DNA of 64,000 nt from positions 9,982,001 through 10,046,000 of the forward strand of contig NC_135257.1 in the NCBI RefSeq assembly GCF_964204865.1, read 5' to 3'. This DNA comes from Styela clava. Taxonomy: Eukaryota. The position numbers and the translations under genes were made by a program. Each line of letters starts with the position of its first letter. Position 1 is the stretch's first letter. The notes beneath the pieces were generated by a model, which saw only the letters and a program-made list of their open reading frames with translations, ran no database searches and was not told the origin of the DNA. Positions 51,681-64,000 of this stretch are shown here, in pieces.

Positions 51681-53842
51681 TTTTGTAAAGTCTCTTCCTC
51701 TGCTTATTTCTGTATTTACTGATTTATGTACACTAACCTGCTGCACATGTTGAAATTTTTGTGAAGTTTCTTCCTCTGCATACGGTATCATACGTATTTA
51801 TGCAAATGTTGTTTCCAAAAAAATGTAACGAAACAGCCAAAAATTAGAAAGGCATAGCAGCTGTGCAGACATGCTGGCTCATTACAAAAACTTAATTCCA
51901 ATGCAGGCACACACTCTAAACAAATATAATTAATGCAACTAGTACAGTAATACTGTACTAGTCTACCGATATCGTACCTGTACAGCTGTACCGGTACGTA
52001 CCGTAACGGACTACGGTACCGGTAAGACGGTACGTAAACCTGTAAACGGTACCGGTACGTGCCGTACAGGCCACAGGGACTGTCATAGCTTTCCCAGCTA
52101 CCGTATCGTACCAGTATCACTTTCGCTTAACACGGGAACCACAGTCTACAAATATTGAAATATATGGAAAGTGAACATTGATTGATTGAACACCGCGCGA
52201 AACAGTACCGGTAGTTTAACTTAACCTCAAAAACCTTTCGAGTTTATTGAAATCGCAAACCGTTGCATTGCTGCATTGCGGGTACCGGTAACCCCAAACA
52301 TCCCATCATAAACAACTCTTAGCGGAGCAAGAATTACGATCGCTTCTCAGTTGATATGCCTTCGCGCAATCGCCACAAGGTGTCACTATTTTTTATTCTG
52401 ATCACTTCTTTGAACACAAAAAACGAATCTCTCGAAGTCCACAGGAAATTTTAAAATAAATAAAAGTAATAGCCTTCTGGGGAAAAATTTTATCTTCAAC
52501 CACTGAAAATTTCAAAGCAATTGGTCCAGTATTCGAAGAGTAAAGCGACTTTTTAAAAACGTGTCAAAGAACAAGAACAAGAACAACAACAACAACAACA
52601 ACATAATATTGAAACGATCGTTATGTCCACTTCGCGGCTGCACAACTTTTAAAATAATGTGAGGTGCTCCGAAGACGCTCTTGTTTACATTAACGTAAGA
52701 AAACAGTTGTCGTCGGAACGATTCCAATAGGAGAGAGACCGATAACGTCAGCCAGTTCTTTATCGTAGGCGCCAATGCCATTTCGATCGATCGTGCGTAT
52801 ATTTGGCAAGCTCTATGACGTGATTGTGATGTCGTAGTGATTTAATTTTTTGATGGCGTAATCAGATGGGGGTTAGGATTGACATATCAAAAAATTGTTA
52901 TGCTACGTTAGGTACCGGTACGAAACTACACGAGACCCCCATGATCGCGTTCGACTATCGCACTCTTTATGAGTAGAAAATGATCGTGTTTTGTGATAGG
53001 TGTGCCGCGAATATTTAAAGAGCTAAATAGTGTGCCGCGATATAAAAAAAAGGTTAGGAACCACTGTCCTAGATGCTCTAATATTTCTGTGTCTTTATTA
53101 CATGAAATAATTACGTGATTTTATTGTCATGCAAGTTGTTTCAATCTTTTACTTAATCCCGAAAAGTCCCGGGATTATACAGCTCAATCCCGGGATATCC
53201 CGGTACGGGGATTTCAAAAATTGGCCCCGAAACCCCAACCCTTGAACTAATAAACGACCTTATTGCGTCTGTTATTTATAGGTCGTCGCATGTAAAATAT
53301 TTTCCGATTTCAGAATATATATTACAATATTTTACGTAGTTAACATCTTGGGATTTTCATATTTCAATATTTGAGCCGGGGTCATATGGCGAACCCCGGC
53401 TCTCGTCCGGTTGTCAGTTCATGTCGGGAATGGGGGGCAGGGAGAGATTTATTTATAACAATGATGGGCATTGGTCCATCTGTCCATTCTGCAATATAAT
53501 GAAGAACTGCCTATATGCCTAATCCATAAACTAAAATGAATATCTTCAAATGGTAGGCCTACTCTGCAGATCACAACATGGAATACCGTACAATTCGAAA
53601 TGGACAATATAACTTGGAATATTAAAATTGGACTGGATAAATACTGATGAAAACCTTATCCAGTTACTGCTGTACCGTGCTGTCTTAAAATTGAGAAGGC
53701 CGAAGTAATTTTGTGTTCGGGGAGGATTAGTTGCAGTCACAGGCTCACGGCCGATTTATACGATGAGAGGGCCTAGGTCAGTGATTCCCAAAGTGTGCGA
53801 TATCGCGAAAAAATTTACTTCGATGTTTGGAAGTACCTACAT

Positions 53843-56069
53843 CAGGGATGGCCAATACCGAATAGTTCACTATTTCGAATACATTCGAAATTATTATTTT
53901 CGAATATGAAATTTCGAATACTTCGAAAATAAAATCCAGTAATAGAATCTAAGTGTATGAAGGAATTTTCATACAATAAACAATGGAATAACTTCTATCT
54001 ACAACCTGGCTATATTACCAGGCATTTCATGTTTGCAGATTATTGCGATATATATTTTATATAACATGAGTTGTGTTAATTAACAGAATTAAAATAATAC
54101 GACAAGGCATTTTAAATAGTGGTATCGGTGATGGATTTGAATGCTTGCGCAACACAAAATCATCCTAGTAAAACGCCCATACTTTTAAATACCAACCATT
54201 ATCCAAATTATTTGTCAAAAAGCGGGATAAAGTATGAGTTCTTTTTCAGACTTGAGACAATTTTTTCGTGAGTACAAAAATACGAATCAAAAAGTAAATA
54301 TATTCGGGAACTTTACCACACATTTTAAGTCCGCAGATCGCCGTTGTATGTTTGTGTAATAATACTTTTATTATTTTATAAATACGAAAATAGGGTTCAA
54401 AAACTATTTATAATCGGGTAGTTTACCACACATTCAATGTCCACAGATCACCGTTGTTTTTGTAAATACCAAAATAGGAATCAAAAATTAATATCAATCG
54501 CGAGTTTGCCTCACAATTTATGTCCACAGAATGCCGTGATATTGTGCCCGAATATAATTAATTTTTGATTCTATTTTCGTACTCGAAAAAATTGTCACAA
54601 TTCGGAAAAATAATTTGTACTTTATTACACATTCAAGTCCACAAATCGCCGTTGTATTTTTGAGTTATAATAGTTTTAATATTTTGTAAATACGAATCCG
54701 AAATTAATTATAATTGGGCAGTTTACCACACATTTCATGCCCACAAATACCCGTGGTATTTGGTATTAATACTTTCATTCATACATTCATTTCATTCATA
54801 CATACATACATACATTCATTTCATTATCGATACTTTTGACCATCATTATCAAAATTATTTTCCAGAAAGCGGGTGAAAGTATTTTTCTAATAAATCAACT
54901 TGTTTCCCAACTTGTGACAATTTATTGGGTATCGTAACAATTGCGGCTATAAATACCGTATTTCCCGGCTAATAAGTCTACATGGCAAATAGGACAATGT
55001 ATATTTTTAGCACTCAAAAAAGGGGGTTTTCCATATAGGCCTCCAAGAAGACGGGTAGAAAAATTATTCCCTGTTGTTCAGTTATGCTAATATGCGCTAA
55101 TAATAATGTTTAGAACCAGATCACGTTTGTTTAGTAGAATCATACTCACAGAATTAACTATTTTTAACAATAAAGCGGTAATTTTAAGTTAAAAATCAAA
55201 ATCATTTTGAACAATCTATAATTTTATAGGGTCAGAACAGAACCAGATCATGTTTGTTTGGTAGAACCATACTCACGGAATTAACTATTCTCAACAACGA
55301 AGCGGTAAATTTAAATTATAAAGCGGCAATCATTTTGGACAACCTATCAACCCGAATGTTGAAATAATTTTGGAATGTGATAAGTACCACACGGTACGTC
55401 CACGGGTTATTTCACAGCTGTGTTTCATGTCCCTGTTGTTTTCTGCTGAATCGGCAAAACCAAAGGGTCATAAATCACTTACTTTATCTCGGTGGCGGTG
55501 GCCGTGTTTTCTCTTTTAAGTAACGATAACCGGCCTACGATTAAATATCATGATTGGCAGACCCATAAGAACCAAATATAAGGTTCAACACAAATTATGC
55601 TTGAGAAGACTAATGCGAAAAATAAGCAGGCCACATAGAAATGAAATAAACATGCTTTCTCAATAAGGCGCCCCTCCCCCAAAAATCAAGCCAAAATTGG
55701 GTCTAGAAAAGCGACTTATTAGCCGGGAAATACGGTGATTGTCGATTTTTCGACTAATGGAAATGATTTTGTGAATTAAAAGACGAATGTCGGCAATGTC
55801 CACCAACGCAAACGTGCAAATGTGTCGCAACACTATGCGACGTACATTCGCGCTGAATATAAACAATCAAAATGCCGACTCTATTTCATCGTCATTACAA
55901 TACGTGAGAAAGCGTAAAAAGTCGTTTGAAGATTCCGGTAAAACGAAACACCGTGTTTACGGGGAAAAGTGACTACTATTCGTAATTATTCGGAAATGAG
56001 CCGAAAAGGTATTCGAATACCTTGATATTCGAATAATTTAGAATATTCGATTCGTTCTGGACAACCCTG
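53843..56069. mobile_element. 2.2-kb non-autonomous hAT element
   Basis: Perfect 8-bp TSD ACCTACAT (53835-53842 and 56070-56077). TIR CAGGGATGGCCA / TGGACAACCCTG. Sub-terminal TTCGAATA repeats and internal ~100-bp repeats (TTTACCACACATT...GTCC). Confidence 0.88.
54956..55735. mobile_element. 780-bp Tc1/mariner-pogo-like MITE nested in the hAT element
   Basis: Perfect 23-bp TIR CCGTATTTCCCGGCTAATAAGTC / GACTTATTAGCCGGGAAATACGG. Flanks TA / TG. Internal ~127-bp direct repeat at 55111-55340. Confidence 0.85.
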
Positions 56070-56119
56070 ACCTACATACAGATTTACATATTTACCTCGG
56101 ATGAAAGGAAAGTCGTTAT

Positions 56120-56221
56120 AGCTGTGGTTCGCCATATGATTGCGCTGTCTTGTCAACTTTCCTCTCCCCCGCGATAAATAATATTATAAATATAATTCAA
56201 AATATGCAAATCCTATCCTAA
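56120..56221 (+). mobile_element. SINE 3' part with CCTAT tail
   Basis: GTGGTTCGCCATATGAT...CTTTCCTCTCCCCCGCGATAAATA...AAATCCTATCCTA, same family as 51555-51680. Confidence 0.6.
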
Positions 56222-56416
56222 GACGACTTAACAATTCCAAGCCGTGTATGGGATTCTGGGATTAGTAAGTCAGTTGTTAAATATGAAGATTTATTCTGGT
56301 ATTCATTAATATCCCAGTCCCTATTGCTATTGTTCTTGTTACAATGTGAACAGTTAATCAGTATTGTTTATATTTATGTGTGTTGCAGATAAGTTAAATA
56401 TAATTACAAACTCAAA

Positions 56417-58578
56417 ATGTCAGATATAGGTAATAATTCTCACACAGAGACAGAGAGTGAAATTTGCACACACTACATAAGAAGATGTCTGTTAGAGTGC
56501 TCTACATGCTGGAAATTTTATCCTTGCCGCCTATGCCATGATGAGAAGTGTAATCACAAACTGAATCGCTACCTTGTGAAGCATATCAAATGCAACAATT
56601 GTAGCACTGTTCAAGAAGTTTCTCCAGAGTCAGTTTCAAATTTAATGATAAAACCTTGATAACAAGCTTCTTGGCTTCTCGTTAAAATAGTTGATCGCTT
56701 TTTTTTTAAATTTGTATATATATTCTTTGTACTGGCCATTTTTCTAACATAGTTTCAAAAAAACTTTTTTTATTGATATTTTCCTTAATCTAATAGAACC
56801 TTGAGCTAAGAGCTCTTAAAAAGGCATTAAAATTATAAACCAAGCTTTGTGACCTAATTATGTTTAAAAATTTAAAAAATATTTCAGATGCAAAGTTTGC
56901 AGTACAAATTTTGGAAAATATCACTGTTCTATATGTAACATGTTTGATGACAGAGATCGTAAGCAATATCATTGTGATGATTGTGGTTTGTGTCGAGTAG
57001 GGGGACGTGCAAATTTTTTTCACTGCGCGAAATGTGATCTATGTTTAAGTATTGATATCAAGGATTCTCATAAGTATGTATTTTTCAAATTAATTTATGC
57101 TCTTTTCGTTGTTTTGTATTTTTATGTCAATTTCAACAATTCCTCAATCTCAACAATTGTTCTCTCAATCAGATTCATGCATGTACAAAATAAAAATGCC
57201 AAATTCACACTCTGCTGTTTCCCATTTTAATTTATAATTTGTCAATGGCATTTAATAAGGTTGATTTTTGGTATTTACAATTTATTATATTCAGCCTTTG
57301 AGCATTGATTTAGAAGGTTTAAAATATGCAATATTTTATTACCCTTGGCTTAGGGGTTAAATATTAATGGAAAACGATATTTAAAATTTTTGTTCTTTAT
57401 TGATACACATTGTGTTGAGAGCTTGTGGCAAGCTTGTTACTTTTTATTAAGATGTGTGGAAAAATCATCGAAATCCAATTGTCCAGTGTGTTTAGAAGAT
57501 ATGCACACATCCACGGAGTCATTAAAGGTTCCCTCGTGTGGCCATCTTATTCACCAGTGAGTTTTTTCATTAATGTTTTCCCATCTACCAACATGATACC
57601 ATGCCACACTGGTGCAATTGTGTGATATGAATGAATTTAAATTTTTTCACGAAGGTTTTGTCACTTTTTTACAAGGCTATTTAAACTTGAAATCACTCGA
57701 TAGTCTTGCTGCATATTGTGTAACTTTTCTTTTGGCTGTGTGTAAGACTTTTCAGACAAGAAAATTTGACTAAATAGTCATAGTGGTATATCAAAAGAAT
57801 TCTGATTCTAAACTTGGTTAATCAAAGGAATAGTTGTGAAATTTAGTTGTGGTTTGATTGTGGTTTAAGCTTGTGGATCCCTAATTTATAGGGGAAAATA
57901 TATAGGTGGTCACTAGTCGTTCTTCAAAGAGTTGTAACAATGATTTTAACTAGTTTTGTTTTAAATTATCTCTACTCCAAAGATTGTTATTTGTCTTGGT
58001 TCTGGTTAACATATGCTAAAGAATGTTCTCATAGTTTTTTTGATAGAAAGTTTTTTATGTGTACTTGTTGGCCATCTGCATCTGCACAACACTTCTTTAT
58101 ATCATCATTTATCATCAAGTTAATGAATTTGAAATTTTAACATTTTATGATTGAGTGACTTCGCAATCATAAGAATTCGGTGATTTGTTCAAGTCAATCT
58201 TTCAATTCCCTTATTTGTTTAATATGAATATTGAAATAGCTTCATGACAACACCCTTCAAGTAATTAAGCCTTTATCTTCCAGAAAATGCTATTCTGTAA
58301 TGCTTCAACACAATGAATATCGATGTCCGTCATGTGGCAAATCGACTTTGGAAATGTCAAAAGTTTGGGAAAATCTTGATGAAGAGATTGCTGTGACACC
58401 TATGCCAGACGAATATGCTAACACATTGATATGGATTCTTTGTAAGGACTGTCAGGGAGTGTCTAATGTCCGATTTCATGTTCTGGGATTGAAATGTTCT
58501 AAATGTAAATCATACAATACATGTGGAACAGGGCAACCTCAATCCAAACTTCTTGAGACTGAGGAACCTCACACTTGA
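56417..58578 (+). CDS. RCHY1: RING finger and CHY zinc finger protein (Pirh2), 4 coding exons, 265 aa
   Basis: Exons 56417-56628, 56888-57073, 57452-57556 and 58284-58578 (798 nt, in frame). Domains: CTHYIRRC...YPCRLCHD (CHY), [13 protein letters not shown] (CTCHY), CPVCLEDMH...CGHLIH...YRCPSC (RING-H2), TPMP..Y...ILCKDC...[14 protein letters not shown] (zinc ribbon). Confidence 0.95.
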
Positions 58579-58777
58579 CAAACTGTTTACTCCTTTCAGT
58601 TGTACTAATTTTTGTCTGGCAGGTTTTACTTATTTTTATCAAGGATATAATATTCCATGTTTATCGCTTGGTATTTATGATTTTTAGTCACACACAGTTG
58701 ATATTGAGATATTTCAACGTCAATTACGAATTTCAAATTATTGAAGAGGTGTTTTCACTTTGAATAAACCTCCAAAC

Positions 58778-59115
58778 CAGTGGTTCTCAACCTTTTTTCT
58801 GTCGTAGCCCATTTTTGTTGAACAAAGATTTCATGGCCCATTAACTTTTCAATGCCAGGATAAAACTACAAAAAAAAAAAATCTTCCCACAATAAAGACA
58901 CTTTCACTTTATTGATGATTAGAATGAAAATTACCACTCCACAGCAAACAACAGAAGCATCTTTTATTGCTACTGCAATCAAAATTTATTTATAGTGACA
59001 CAAATGTAAATAAATTTATCAATAACTCTTGTGCAATTTACAGTAGGTTTTGGCCCACCTGGAAATGTTTCTGTGGCCTAGTAGTGTGCCATGACCCACT
59101 CGTTGAGAACCGGTG
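58778..59115. mobile_element. hAT-Charlie-like MITE (older)
   Basis: CAGTGGTTCTCAAC...GTTGAGAACCGGTG. Flanks CTCCAAAC / CTCTAGAC. Confidence 0.8.
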
Positions 59116-59123
59116 CTCTAGAC

Positions 59124-59428
59124 CAGGGGTGCACAACACGCGGTACGCGTGCCAAATTTGGCACGCCATACGCTCAAACGTGGCACGCGAACAGTTTTGT
59201 GAAAAAAAAATATTTATGATACACATTAAAATATCACGTTTATATCAAAATCAGCAGTTTTTCAGGACATTAAATTGTTTCAATAAATAGATATCCGTTA
59301 TTATGTATTATTATTGAAATTTGTTTGTTTTGCAGGAGTTAATTTACAATACCACAATTGTGCGTGGTACGCGACAAGATTATTTTGAAAAATTTGGCAC
59401 GTATCCTCATTTGAGTTGTGCAGCCCTG
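59124..59428. mobile_element. hAT-Charlie-like MITE (younger)
   Basis: TIR CAGGGGTGCACAAC / GTTGTGCAGCCCTG. Perfect TSD CTCTAGAC (59116-59123 and 59429-59436). Confidence 0.9.
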
Positions 59429-60888
59429 CTCTAGACAAACCGCCACTGATGTGTATGGAGCTACTATTCATGGAAAGAATTGTTCACCTAATTCATTCAA
59501 CCTGGGTAAGGTGGTAGGAAAGGGGGTTGAACCTTTAACTATATAAATTATTCAATGGTTAATTTATAAACTTTGCTTGATGGTATAGTATGAAATTAGT
59601 TTTATTCTTCACTTTTTATAATGAAGAACAATGAATATATCTATGTAAAGTATGTATTCATGGTCACCCATTATATTTTTGAACAGCATTATAGCCATTA
59701 CCATTAATATACTTTTTATTAAAGTATACTCTGCGTTTTCATATTGAACAGTCATCTGACCATTCTGTTTTAGATATGTTATTTTGAGAAGTCATGTATC
59801 AATTATAAATAAAATGTTGCGTAATATCTATTTGTAATATCTATCTACCTATTGAAAAGTAAAATTTCCATATTTATACCAGGCGAGATAAATATGATGA
59901 GATGGCTCAATACTATCATGGCCCTGTCACCAGATCACTAGTCTGTGATGGGTATAGATATATACAATTAGTTGGTTGCTTCTGATACAATATACTGCTC
60001 TTGCTCATATTGCAAAACGAACTTGTTGGGCATAACTGTACAAAAATACTTACATTTGTTTAAACACAAATTTGCTTTATGCTGGTGTATATAGGTTCTG
60101 CATAAGAACTGTCAGAGTTATCCGACAATAATTAATTAACAACATTTCAAGTGGGATTGAAATTTTCATACATATTTTAATCTTATATGATTATTTACAG
60201 TGTTGGGATCAATATTGACGTGAATTAACATTATCAATATTTGTCAACTTTCTTGTACCATCCCAGTGGCTACAAAAAAAAAACCACTCTAACATAAAAA
60301 TGCTGGTGCTGTTATGTTATTTTAAGGTTTCGTTTGAACTTGATTTGTAATTGTGGTTTGAAATACTTGAAACATTTTCGACTTATGTCAAATGCATAGC
60401 TGCAAGTTGCATGTGTTGATTTTTCTAGGGAAAAATACTAAACTGACTATTCTTTTATGACATGAAACACGATCATCCGAGATATGAAAGCTGACATTAA
60501 TTAAATTGTACTTCTCACAATAATGATAGAAAGACCCTCTTCAGTAGTGATTGATGGGAAAAAAAATCAAGATCCACATCATTTAATTTACAATATTTGA
60601 GCCTTCGACTCTCTCAGGTTATGCCATGCGCCCCCTCAAACTTAAGTTTGAGGTTGCTTTTATTTGCCCTTTATAGTGTTCTTATGCTGTTTCTTGATCA
60701 AAACATGTAGCCTACTGCTGAATAGATTTTAAATGCTCAATTTGTTTTATTCTGTTTTAACAGTGTTTTTATAGCTCGTAGGATTACAATAATATAATTA
60801 GGTATGTTAATAGTCTCATTGAATCCAAAACTTCATCAAGAAATGAAAATTGACCACATCGGTTAGCTCAATTCTGGCAGAAATTAAA

Positions 60889-62289
60889 ATGGCAAATTGT
60901 GGAAAACCTCTTGCTCGAAATATTTGCATGGGACTGTATTTTTTCTTTTGTGGTGTGGAATATGCTGTCATCCTACCAACGATAAATGGATATTTGATAA
61001 GCCTTGGCGCAGAGCAAACATTTCTCGGCATTGTTCTGGCCTCTTTCAGTTTTGGAGGGTTGGTGAGTGCACCATTATATGGATGGGTTGCAGACAAAAC
61101 CGGGTCCACTAAAGCTTGTGTTATAGTGGGAAACATCGGTGAAATTATCGGAAACCTAATGTATTTCATAGGGAAGAATCAGTATTTGGTTTGGTCTGGA
61201 CGACTCATTGCTGGATTAGGATCTGGAGCGGCATCTACTCTGTTTGGACTAATTTCCCACACAACTACGGCAAAAGAGAGAACATCTATGTTTGCCATCT
61301 TGATGGGTCTACGCCAAATTGGACTTTTAGTTGGTCCAGGTTTTAACTTATTTCTATATAAGCTGAATTTCAAGTTAGGACCTTTTGTTGTAGATGAAAA
61401 TACATCACCTGGACTATTCATGGCGATTTTATGGGCTCTACACACCATTTTATTTGCTATTTTGTTTAAAAATATTGATCAAAATAAGACTTCAATTGTA
61501 AATAATCATTCTGTAACTGTCAACGAAAATCGTAATTACGGCTCTTTCCAAGATGCAGAAACTACTGAAAATATTGAAGGGAGAGTTTCAATTATTGAAA
61601 GTGGATGGAAGGTGTTTATCAGAGAATTTCTCAGAGAAGAAGTTATAGTTTGTTTAACCACTGCTTTTCTAGCAATGTATGTCCAGACTGGTTTGGAAAC
61701 GGCTATAACACCCATGACTAGAATATACTTCAATTGGAATGGAGTAGCAAACAGTTTAGCTTTGTGTTTGGCCGGGGCTGTTGTTATTGTTAGTTTTGCA
61801 TGTGTTCATTTCTTAAGCAAGTGTTTCATGGACCGTGCATTGCTACTTTCAGGTTGTTTTGGTCTAGTTGTCACTTATGCTATCTTTTTTGCTTATGTCT
61901 TCATCATGTATGAATTGGATGAGATAGAAACACCAACTTGGCTGTTTCCGGTGTTTTTATTTGATTGTGCACTTCTGATTGTAAGCATTTCATTCTTATT
62001 TGTTTCACAAGTATCCCTTTTTTCTAAGATTACCAACCCAGATATGCAATCCTTTAATCAGGGAGTGAGAATTGTATCTGTACGTTTTGGTCAGATCATA
62101 GGTCCTTTGTGGGCATCATCACTCGTTACCACAAGTAGATTGCCAATCATGGCTGCAGTAGATCTTGGAATACTGTGTATTCTTACTGCCATGGTGTTGC
62201 TATCATATAAACGTCTTATATCTCCTCCTCTGATCACTGGCTCAGATTCGGAATCAGTTTCGTTGGTGCGTGAAACTGATTCTGATTGA
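60889..62289 (+). CDS. MFSD8/CLN7-like major facilitator transporter, intronless ORF, 466 aa from the first ATG
   Basis: About 12 hydrophobic segments. Motifs GVEYAVILPT, APLYGWVADK (MFS motif A), GRLIAGLGSG, T...ERT, GLLVGPG, ENTSPG, LETAITP, SLFSK, QG...GQIIGPLW. The track start at 60850 is a TTG; the first ATG is at 60889. Confidence 0.9.
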   Translation: MANCGKPLARNICMGLYFFFCGVEYAVILPTINGYLISLGAEQTFLGIVLASFSFGGLVSAPLYGWVADKTGSTKACVIVGNIGEIIGNLMYFIGKNQYLVWSGRLIAGLGSGAASTLFGLISHTTTAKERTSMFAILMGLRQIGLLVGPGFNLFLYKLNFKLGPFVVDENTSPGLFMAILWALHTILFAILFKNIDQNKTSIVNNHSVTVNENRNYGSFQDAETTENIEGRVSIIESGWKVFIREFLREEVIVCLTTAFLAMYVQTGLETAITPMTRIYFNWNGVANSLALCLAGAVVIVSFACVHFLSKCFMDRALLLSGCFGLVVTYAIFFAYVFIMYELDEIETPTWLFPVFLFDCALLIVSISFLFVSQVSLFSKITNPDMQSFNQGVRIVSVRFGQIIGPLWASSLVTTSRLPIMAAVDLGILCILTAMVLLSYKRLISPPLITGSDSESVSLVRETDSD

Positions 62290-64000
62290 TTGATTTTTCA
62301 GTTGATTTACTGTTGACCTCGTTGTAACGGAATAATACTTTTATTTTATTTTGTTATTAACATTTATTTGATAGCAGTCCATCAATTACATGAAATTTGA
62401 GTCTGAAATATCTGTTAAAAAGCATTGATAAATTCCACTGTTTGTTTTTTGTTTGCTAGGAACACTCTTTCTTCAATCGCATTAAACTTCCACTGGTAAT
62501 AAATTTGTTTTTGGTCCTTTAATAAGTTCTAGTTTTCACTTAATTTTTATATAGCTTCAAGTTTCTTAACTGTTTCAGTATTTTTATCCTGCAGTTCATA
62601 CCGCAACTTCTATTAGTTTGTTTTTCTTTGATATTGTGGGTTATATTTTAATTTTTGTAATATCATTCGTAGATTGTTAAAGGAAGTATTCTAATTAGTT
62701 AGTTCTGTTTAGTGTTTCAGGATCTGATTCCAACGAAACCCTATGGATTAGTAAATCATTTTGTTTGTTTGTCCTGTTAAGGTACACAGAAATTTGCTCT
62801 TATTCAGTCATTTCTATCTATATCATGACAGTCTTCATTTGGGATGTTTAGTTCTAATCCCAACCAGGAGGGAGTGCTAATATAACCTTGGTACTGTTAT
62901 TTATATGCTAATTATAAAAATTTCATATATTTTCTAAATTTTGAAAATTAGGGCAATCAGTGGTTAGGAATATGAGCAATAAGTCGAGTACCGGTATGTC
63001 TTTGTTGTTTATAAATCTCCAAATTTAATAAATACTATTCGAAATAATAACAGTTAAAAATTTTATTTTATGTAACCACCGGTACCTATTATTAAAAATT
63101 TTTTGTGAAGCAATTTATGTATTTGTTACAAGTCTAATAAATCTGAAATTGCTTTTTGTTGAGTTGAAAAAATGATGAGGAGTATATACAGTGCATTACT
63201 TAATAGCCTCAACTTCTTTATTTTTACCAACAAGCATTTAATAACTGCACTTCTCTTACCTATAATTATCACATGCGCTTAGTAGTCATGAAAGGTTTGG
63301 AACCACTAGTCACACTTGCACATACTATGTTGCATTATATTATTGTATTATTGATATAATTTTGTAATATTTGGGCCAACAAGATTTTGATCAAAGTCCT
63401 ACCACTGCATTCATATTAATTTTAACAAAATGATATTTTCAGCTTGTAAATGCAAATTTGTAATGAACTATTTCTACTACTATTAATAGATACACAACTA
63501 CTTTACATCTTTATAATTTTAATCGCACATTGCTTATTAAAACAAGATGCCTATTTTGTTTCCCAAGTATGTTTATCATTTATGAAATAGCTGTTATTGC
63601 ATGTGTCTGATATTAGTTCAATAAATCCCATTTGGTTGATGAATGACAACTAATCTCTTTACCAAAGTTCACACATTTCTTTAATAATTTTGTTCAATAT
63701 CATTTTAACTATTCATTTTATTCTATTTAAGCACCATAAATTTGTGGACATATTGCACTGGTCACTATATGAACATTGCATAAAATAATGACAAGTTGAA
63801 CATTTATTAGACTGATATTTCACTGGTTGGAATTTTAGTTTAAAGGCTACTATAGAACTAATCTTTATTTCCCATTGATTGACCTTTTATGTAGAATTTC
63901 AGAAATTTTTAGCTTGTTTTGATCATCATATTAGGTTATTATTTATAAGCATCTTAGGAATTTATTTGAAACTTATTTAATTCTCTAATATTCGTGAAAA

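Noticed and set aside
50653-52781. Leu-rich and Tyr/Arg-rich ORFs up to 116 aa
   Set aside because: They arise from (AAC)n repeats and GTAC-rich low-complexity DNA.
60816-61733. Antisense and alternate-frame ORFs over the MFS gene
   Set aside because: Shadow frames of a long hydrophobic CDS.

Overview
AT-rich, intron-rich animal DNA with no prokaryotic features. An invertebrate chordate such as an ascidian is my inference, from the chordate-type YAP C-terminus, the short GT-AG introns and the SINE/MITE landscape. I assembled the genes by hand from splice sites, because most ORFs in the supplied track are spurious or are exon fragments. From left to right: (1) the 3' end of YAP; (2) a complete 21-exon, ~817-aa subtilisin/kexin-type proprotein convertase (+); (3) an ~8.2-8.4 kb unit present three times in tandem (13507-38290), each carrying the 3' half of the convertase and the 3' part of a convergent D-cysteine desulfhydrase/ACC-deaminase-family gene (-), whose only complete copy is 35773-39516; (4) ~16 kb of transposon debris (hAT MITEs, LINE fragments, SINEs, Helentron-type elements, local duplications); (5) RCHY1/Pirh2; (6) an intronless MFSD8/CLN7-like transporter. 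Three observations stand out. Both triplication breakpoints fall in introns, so each of the two convergent genes has one 5' part and three frame-compatible, intact 3' cassettes. The convertase shows an apparent charge reversal in its S4-S6 pockets, matched by an acidic pro-domain junction. The desulfhydrase has non-canonical active-site motifs.
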